Assembly (NCBI GenBank): GCA_037137535.1
Contig: JBAXKC010000027.1
Location: 1-34,439 of the forward strand
From: a bacterium
Lineage (GTDB): Bacteria; Cyanobacteriota; Vampirovibrionia; Gastranaerophilales; JBAXKC01
DNA length: 34,439 bases
Reading direction: 5' to 3'
A model generated the notes under the pieces. It was not told where the DNA came from. It did not search any database and saw nothing but the letters and a program-made list of their open reading frames with translations. Positions 29,288 to 34,439 of the stretch are shown here, one piece after another; the stretch's first letter is position 1, and each line of letters starts with the position of its first letter. A program made the translations under genes and the position numbers.

Positions 29288-29506
29288 ATTCCTTTATTAA
29301 TCTTTAAATCATTATAATACTAAAAAGATCAATACATAAGAATAAATTACTAAAATGCAGTTATTAAATATACATTGTTTAATTAGCAGCAAAAAGGTTT
29401 AAAATAAAAAGTTACAAAGGCTTAACATATGACTATTCAACAAAGAAATATAGTATCATATACTAAACGTTAACGTGGTATATGATTTTGTGTCCGAGGT
29501 AAACCA

Positions 29507-30640
29507 ATGTCCCTACCCATAGTGAAAGAAGCACTTTATACTCAAGAACAGTATATTGTTCCTAAAAGACCAATATTAAAACGCAGACAAAAACCTAAAA
29601 AGAAACCTAAACTTAATGTCAGACTTATTATTTTCATGACAATTTTAGGCTGTTTGATTGCGAATAACTTCACAAAAACATTTGATAAACTTGTAATTAA
29701 TCAGATAAAAAATTCTTCAATAAAAATCCCTCAGGACTTTTCTGACATAGAACCTGCAAACTATGATGTTGCAAATGATGAGTTTCTTGGAAGAAAAATT
29801 GTTGCTCCTGTTGAGTTTAATTCTAAATTACTCAAAAAACCCAATATAAAAGGCGAGGCACTAAGGCTAAAAAGCAGACTTGAAAACCTTATAGCACAAT
29901 ATCCGCAACTTGAAGCAGGTATATTTATTTATGACTATCAAACTGGTAAAACCGTAGGTATTAACCAAGATAAACCTTTTGCAACTGCAAGCACAATCAA
30001 ATTACCAATACTGCTACAAGCATTCAGAAAATCAGAACAAGGACAACTAAGTTTTAATCAGAATATGCGTTTTACAAAAGATTTTCTAACGGGTGGATCG
30101 GGACATTTACAATTAAGACCTCTTGGCGGCTTATATCAACTCGGCTATCTAGCAACAATAATGATAAGAGACAGCGATAACTGCGCTACAAATATGATGC
30201 TGTATAATGTTGGCGGTTCTCAAGACTTTAACAGAGCAATGAGAAACTGGGGCTTTGCAAATACTCATATATCAACATGGTTGCCTGATTTATTCGGGAC
30301 AAACGTTTCCACACCTAAAGATATGGGAACTATGCTTTATAATATAGATAATCCAAATTTTCTTTCATTACAAAGTACAGCTGATATTGTACAAATAATG
30401 AGCCATGTTAAAAACAGATCGCTTATACAGGCAGGACTTCCCGATGGAGTCCATTTTATCCATAAAACAGGCGATATTGGCGAAATGTTAGGAGATGTAG
30501 GCGAAGTAATTCTGCCAAACGGAAGAAGATACATAATAACAATGATGGTAAAACGTCCTTGGAATGCGTATAGCGCAAAAAGTTTCATTGTTGAAGCCTC
30601 AAAGATTACTTATAATTCTATTTCAACAAACGATTTATAA
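29507..30640 (+). CDS. Membrane-anchored serine hydrolase, class A beta-lactamase-like (PBP-A type)
   Basis: STIK (SxxK), SDN and KTG motifs. Basic N-terminus plus TM helix. Short omega loop WLPDLFGTN. Confidence 0.88.
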   Translation: MSLPIVKEALYTQEQYIVPKRPILKRRQKPKKKPKLNVRLIIFMTILGCLIANNFTKTFDKLVINQIKNSSIKIPQDFSDIEPANYDVANDEFLGRKIVAPVEFNSKLLKKPNIKGEALRLKSRLENLIAQYPQLEAGIFIYDYQTGKTVGINQDKPFATASTIKLPILLQAFRKSEQGQLSFNQNMRFTKDFLTGGSGHLQLRPLGGLYQLGYLATIMIRDSDNCATNMMLYNVGGSQDFNRAMRNWGFANTHISTWLPDLFGTNVSTPKDMGTMLYNIDNPNFLSLQSTADIVQIMSHVKNRSLIQAGLPDGVHFIHKTGDIGEMLGDVGEVILPNGRRYIITMMVKRPWNAYSAKSFIVEASKITYNSISTNDL

Positions 30641-30652
30641 ATTTATACCTTC

Positions 30653-30682
30653 AGCCGACTTACACGAGTCGGCTATTTTTTT
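30653..30682 (+). terminator. Terminator between convergent genes
   Basis: AGCCGACT-TACACG-AGTCGGCT followed by ATTTTTTT. Confidence 0.8.
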
Positions 30683-31245
30683 ATAAAATATGCTTTATTC
30701 TGAGAAACAATATAATTTACAGGCATATCCCAACTATCAGCAGGTAATTTTTCGCAGACTAATTGTTCGGGTATTGCTGTAATTTTACAAGTATTATGCT
30801 TTAAACCTATTAAGAATCTATCATAAAAACCTGCTCCGTAACCCAATCTGATACCTTGCATGTCTACTGCAAGAGCAGGAATTATTATTAAATCGGTTTT
30901 GGCTAAAATCAATTTTTCTTTATCAATTGCCGGCTCAAAAATTCCGAACTCATTTTTTTCAAGGAAATCATCTGATTTATATTTATAAAATTTAAGCTTT
31001 TTTGTTTTAAATTCTAATCTTGGTAAATACCAGTTTTTTGTTTCATCAGAAAACAAATTAGTAATATCAACTTCATCACCAAAAGGGTAATAAGCCAAAA
31101 TATTTTTTGAGTTTTTATAAAAATCTTCTTTTTTTATTTGCTCAACAATATCTCTGCTTATTTCGCAAATATTAATATTGCTTCTTATTAATCGAGCAAT
31201 TTTACGAACTTCTGCTTTATTTTTTAAAGTTAGATTTGTTAACAT
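30673..31245 (-). CDS. ygfA: 5-formyltetrahydrofolate cyclo-ligase
   Basis: YYPFGDEVD, FGIFEP, DLIIIPALAVD..GIRLGYGAGFYDRFL and LPADSWDMPV. Confidence 0.93.
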   Translation of the reverse strand: MLTNLTLKNKAEVRKIARLIRSNINICEISRDIVEQIKKEDFYKNSKNILAYYPFGDEVDITNLFSDETKNWYLPRLEFKTKKLKFYKYKSDDFLEKNEFGIFEPAIDKEKLILAKTDLIIIPALAVDMQGIRLGYGAGFYDRFLIGLKHNTCKITAIPEQLVCEKLPADSWDMPVNYIVSQNKAYFIKK

Positions 31246-31354
31246 ATTTTTAATATTTCTTAATTTATTTTAAAATTAATGAAATGAACTTTGGCTATTC
31301 GGAAATTTATTCTATACTAATTATATCAAGTTGTCAAAAGTGGGTATTTATAAT

Positions 31355-31729
31355 ATGGACCGAAAGAAATTTTGTCAAAAACTTAAAAGAGCAAGAGTTG
31401 AAGCAGGAATGAAGCAGGAAGACATTGCAAGATTACTTAATTTGCCTATTTCTGCAATTTCAGTAATGGAATCAGGTACAAGAAAAATTGATGTTTTAGA
31501 ACTTATGAAGCTCTCAAAATATTATAATAAACCGATAGAGTGGTTTTTTCATGAGCACAACAGTACACAAAAAAGACGCTGGTATGACTTAGATCCTGTT
31601 GTTTCAGAAGCTGTGGAACTACTTAGAGTTGCTCCTACAAAATTACAAAAAAATACGGCTTACGGTATTCTTGGATTTTTAAAAAATATAACTCCTTGTG
31701 AATTAGAAGAAGATAATTTTATGGAATAA
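31355..31729 (+). CDS. XRE-family HTH transcriptional regulator
   Basis: KLKRARVEAGMKQEDIA...ISVMESGTRK. In-frame ATG 31355 is preferred over TTG 31331. Confidence 0.88.
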   Translation: MDRKKFCQKLKRARVEAGMKQEDIARLLNLPISAISVMESGTRKIDVLELMKLSKYYNKPIEWFFHEHNSTQKRRWYDLDPVVSEAVELLRVAPTKLQKNTAYGILGFLKNITPCELEEDNFME

Positions 31730-32597
31730 AGACTTCTATTGCGGAAGGAATTATTTTAAGAACAGCGGGGGTTTTTCCAATTATATCTCCGTCTGACTGC
31801 ATTAAAACAGATGGATTAGTTGTTAATTCAGCCTTTTTGGCTTTTATATGCCTAATTCTAAAATTTCTATTTAATGGTTTTTGAAACATAAATTCAAAAA
31901 AGACCAATAAATAGTCCAAAATATTTTTGGGTGAAATGATTACAAGATGTAGTTTTCCATCATCTACTTTTGCGTTTGGAGCAATAGTAAAGAGATCACC
32001 GAATACTTTTCCTGTATTCACAGCCATAACAGTAACAGCTTTAGTTCTGATTATTTTTTTATCGTCAATTCTTATTTTCACTAAATATGGAGCTACCTTT
32101 AAGCTATGCTTGAAGGCTTCTATAAAATAAGCCCATACACCAAGTTTATCTTTTTTTTCTCTTGTTGTTTCCATCATTATTTTTGCATCGACACCACAGC
32201 CCGCTATAAACCCAAAATATTTATCATTAATCTGCCCTATATCAATTCTTTTAGTTTTTCCATTCAAAACTAATTGGCAAGCTTTACTAAAATCCCACGG
32301 AATATCCAGATTTGATGCAATCATATTTCCTGTACCCGCTGGAATAATACCTAATTTAACATTAGTTCCAAGCAAAACAGGCATTAATTCTCTTACTGTG
32401 CCATCACCTGCAACAGCAATTAATATATCAACTCCGTTTTTAACACTTTCAGCTGCAAATTTAACTGCATCTTCCTGCTTTTCAGTCCATTGAACGTTAA
32501 CAGTATGCTCATTAAAAATACTAAAAATTTCCTCTTCAAAGGAAGAAGTATCTTTAATCATAGATGCATTTGGATTAGCTATAACTGTAATATTCAT
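31719..32597 (-). CDS. Diacylglycerol/lipid kinase family (YegS/DagK-like)
   Basis: NPNAS, GDGT, PAGTGN, GVDA and QSDGD. ATG 32597 follows GAGGA. Confidence 0.92.
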   Translation of the reverse strand: MNITVIANPNASMIKDTSSFEEEIFSIFNEHTVNVQWTEKQEDAVKFAAESVKNGVDILIAVAGDGTVRELMPVLLGTNVKLGIIPAGTGNMIASNLDIPWDFSKACQLVLNGKTKRIDIGQINDKYFGFIAGCGVDAKIMMETTREKKDKLGVWAYFIEAFKHSLKVAPYLVKIRIDDKKIIRTKAVTVMAVNTGKVFGDLFTIAPNAKVDDGKLHLVIISPKNILDYLLVFFEFMFQKPLNRNFRIRHIKAKKAELTTNPSVLMQSDGDIIGKTPAVLKIIPSAIEVFIP

Positions 32598-32877
32598 ATC
32601 TGTTTCCTCAGCAGAAAATATCATAATAAAATCTAAGGTTAACAATTAAATTATAACTGAAGATTATTCCAAGTAAATTATTACACATATTTTAAAAATA
32701 AACATATTTTATAAAATCATTAATAAGTGTAATTATAAATTTCTTTAATCACCAATAAAAGCCCCTTAACACAAGGTAATATCGATGTCTAAATAAATTA
32801 ACCGACTTTTTATTTTTGAATAACTAAGAATATTATTAAAAAATCAGCTAAAAATGGAAGAACTAGCTGCCTATAAA

Positions 32878-33011
32878 TACACATGAATAACCCTATTTTT
32901 TTTACAAATAGGGTTATTTCATGTGTATAATTTTTTCAGAAAAAAGAACTTATGGTTCGCAAGAAAATTACTGACCAAGAAAAAGAAATTTTATTAAATA
33001 ATTCATGGTAG
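32878..33011 (+). mobile_element. Possible IS3-family left-end remnant
   Basis: 21-bp inverted repeat (one bulge) running into TATAAT, then mini-ORF 32952-33011 MVRKKITDQEKEILLNNSW*, which resembles IS3 transposase N-termini. Confidence 0.4.
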
Positions 33012-33072
33012 AATTACTTCATAATCATTGTTAATTTATGAGACAACATATTAATGCTTAAAGGAAAAATAA

Positions 33073-34356
33073 ATGTCCACGAATTTTGAATTAATAAATA
33101 ACACAATTTCGCTTTCTAATATAACATTAACCTTTAATAGTATTTATAGTGAAAATACAATGGTAGTTAATAATGCAGATTTTGAAATGCAAACAACAAT
33201 GGTTCAAAACTTAAGTTCTAAGGATTATTTACCCACTATAAATTTTAGTTCTAATAATGATGATCTTCAAACAATAAAAGCAAATACTGTAATAAATATA
33301 GCAAATAATGTATTTGAGGCACCAAATATTGATAATCAAAACATAATTAGCAAAACTAAAGAGATTATTTCATTAAACAACGACTCTAGCTTAACTACTG
33401 TAAGTTCTAACGATGTAAATTATATTGATTCAAGCGCAATGATAACCAATCCAATGACTTTAGATATAGACAATACAGATAATGAATTTACTATAAAAAC
33501 AATGAATAATAGTATAGTTCAAAATACTGAAACAACTTTAGATAATAACAATGAATCTCTTTTTATTTCAATAGGCTATGGACAAAATGATTTAGCTACA
33601 TCAAATACTAATAATGCGGCTTACGAAACATACAAATATATATTGCCAGACAATGCTGATTTAATAACCATTAACTGTAATCAAGTAACAAACTCTTGGA
33701 ATGATGAGGTTGTTACTCTATCTGATAATATTTTTGATTATAAGGTAATAGATGAAACTGGAATATATAAATTTACAAATCAGTATATGATAACGACTGC
33801 TAGAGAAAAAGACAATTATATAAATATTCTTGATGGCTCTTCTATAATTAGTGGAGGAAATAAAAATGATTATATTCGCATTGATGGGCATGGAATGAAT
33901 GATATAAGTACTGGCACAGGTACTAATTACATAGACATTATTGACTCTACATATTCTTATATATGGGGTGGACCAGAAAATGATTCTTATGCCTTCAATG
34001 GGGCAACGACTGGAGGAGCATTTATTGCTGATGCAGCAGGGGAAAATGACAGTATAATTATTAACAATTGCCCATATACAAATATAGCATTCTTCAAAGA
34101 AAACGATAATTTAGTTATAGATTACGGTGAAAAAGCAGAGACCGCAGCTATAACTATTCTAAATCAAGATATCAATACTATTGAAAAAATAATTGCTAAT
34201 AATTATCAATGTATGTTAACAAATAACGATATTAATAATGTAATTCAAGAAATGTCTAACTATGCTTCTAGCCATGGCATTATGTTTACTAATGTGAGAG
34301 ATGTCAAAACAAACCCCGAGTTAATGAATATAATTGCTAATTCTTGGAATCATTAA
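33073..34356 (+). CDS. Asn/Thr-rich RTX-like calcium-binding secreted protein (putative T1SS substrate)
   Basis: Degenerate nonapeptides ISGGNKNDYI, ISTGTGTNYI and IWGGPENDSY; FFKENDNLVI and IEKI; C-terminal INNVIQEMSNY...IIANSW. No Sec signal. Confidence 0.7.
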   Translation: MSTNFELINNTISLSNITLTFNSIYSENTMVVNNADFEMQTTMVQNLSSKDYLPTINFSSNNDDLQTIKANTVINIANNVFEAPNIDNQNIISKTKEIISLNNDSSLTTVSSNDVNYIDSSAMITNPMTLDIDNTDNEFTIKTMNNSIVQNTETTLDNNNESLFISIGYGQNDLATSNTNNAAYETYKYILPDNADLITINCNQVTNSWNDEVVTLSDNIFDYKVIDETGIYKFTNQYMITTAREKDNYINILDGSSIISGGNKNDYIRIDGHGMNDISTGTGTNYIDIIDSTYSYIWGGPENDSYAFNGATTGGAFIADAAGENDSIIINNCPYTNIAFFKENDNLVIDYGEKAETAAITILNQDINTIEKIIANNYQCMLTNNDINNVIQEMSNYASSHGIMFTNVRDVKTNPELMNIIANSWNH

Positions 34357-34393
34357 TAAAAATCACAAAAAAACTCTAGTTTTAAAGGGAGCT

Positions 34394-34420
34394 TAAATAA
34401 TTTGTCTGATTCTCCGATAG
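34394..34420 (+). promoter_or_regulatory. Putative sigma-28 promoter of the gene beyond the window
   Basis: TAAA-N15-TCCGATAG. Confidence 0.5.
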
Positions 34421-34439
34421 AATCGAGTTAGAATAAAGA

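Noticed and set aside
31246-31354. 6S RNA (ssrS) upstream of 5-formylTHF cyclo-ligase
   Set aside because: The spacer is about 110 bp, AT-rich and shared with a divergent gene, too short for a ~180-nt 6S hairpin.
75-32130. Short antisense or nested ORFs in the track (e.g. 75-338, 3181-3501, 3964-4191, 5281-5478, 9376-9600, 11708-11917, 15149-15415, 16912-17175, 19042-19644, 22253-22711, 24686-24913, 26745-26966, 28440-28796, 30337-30588, 31927-32130)
   Set aside because: They are shadows of well-supported genes and have no recognisable motifs.

Overview
AT-rich (roughly 30% GC by eye) bacterial chromosomal segment. It most resembles a non-photosynthetic relative of Cyanobacteria (Vampirovibrionia/Melainabacteria-like). 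This is an inference from the efp-accB linkage, a PBP-A-type serine hydrolase and cyanobacteriochrome-like GAF domains occurring alongside flagellar/chemotaxis-type genes. Housekeeping genes: lipA, lpdA, ACT + DUF711 pair, DUF89, serB, wecE, efp-accB-accC-rsmD, rlmN-mntP, 5-formylTHF cyclo-ligase and a DAGK-family kinase. Accessory content: a RelBE-type toxin-antitoxin pair with a frameshifted toxin, an orphan Flp-like pilin, a Pro/Gln/Asn-rich protein ending in two annexin-like repeats, two paralogous GT2 genes, an orphan MCP and a 2014-aa histidine kinase (9 GAF + PAS) whose GAFs lack the bilin-binding Cys. Also present are an orphan FlhA-C-domain protein without the FlhA membrane channel, two unannotated small ORFs, a probable IS3 left-end scar and an RTX-like secreted protein. 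Sigma-28-type promoters lie upstream of the pilin, the FlhA-like gene and the next gene beyond the window. No rRNA, tRNA, CRISPR array or intact mobile element was seen. All family calls come from motif recognition, not database searches.
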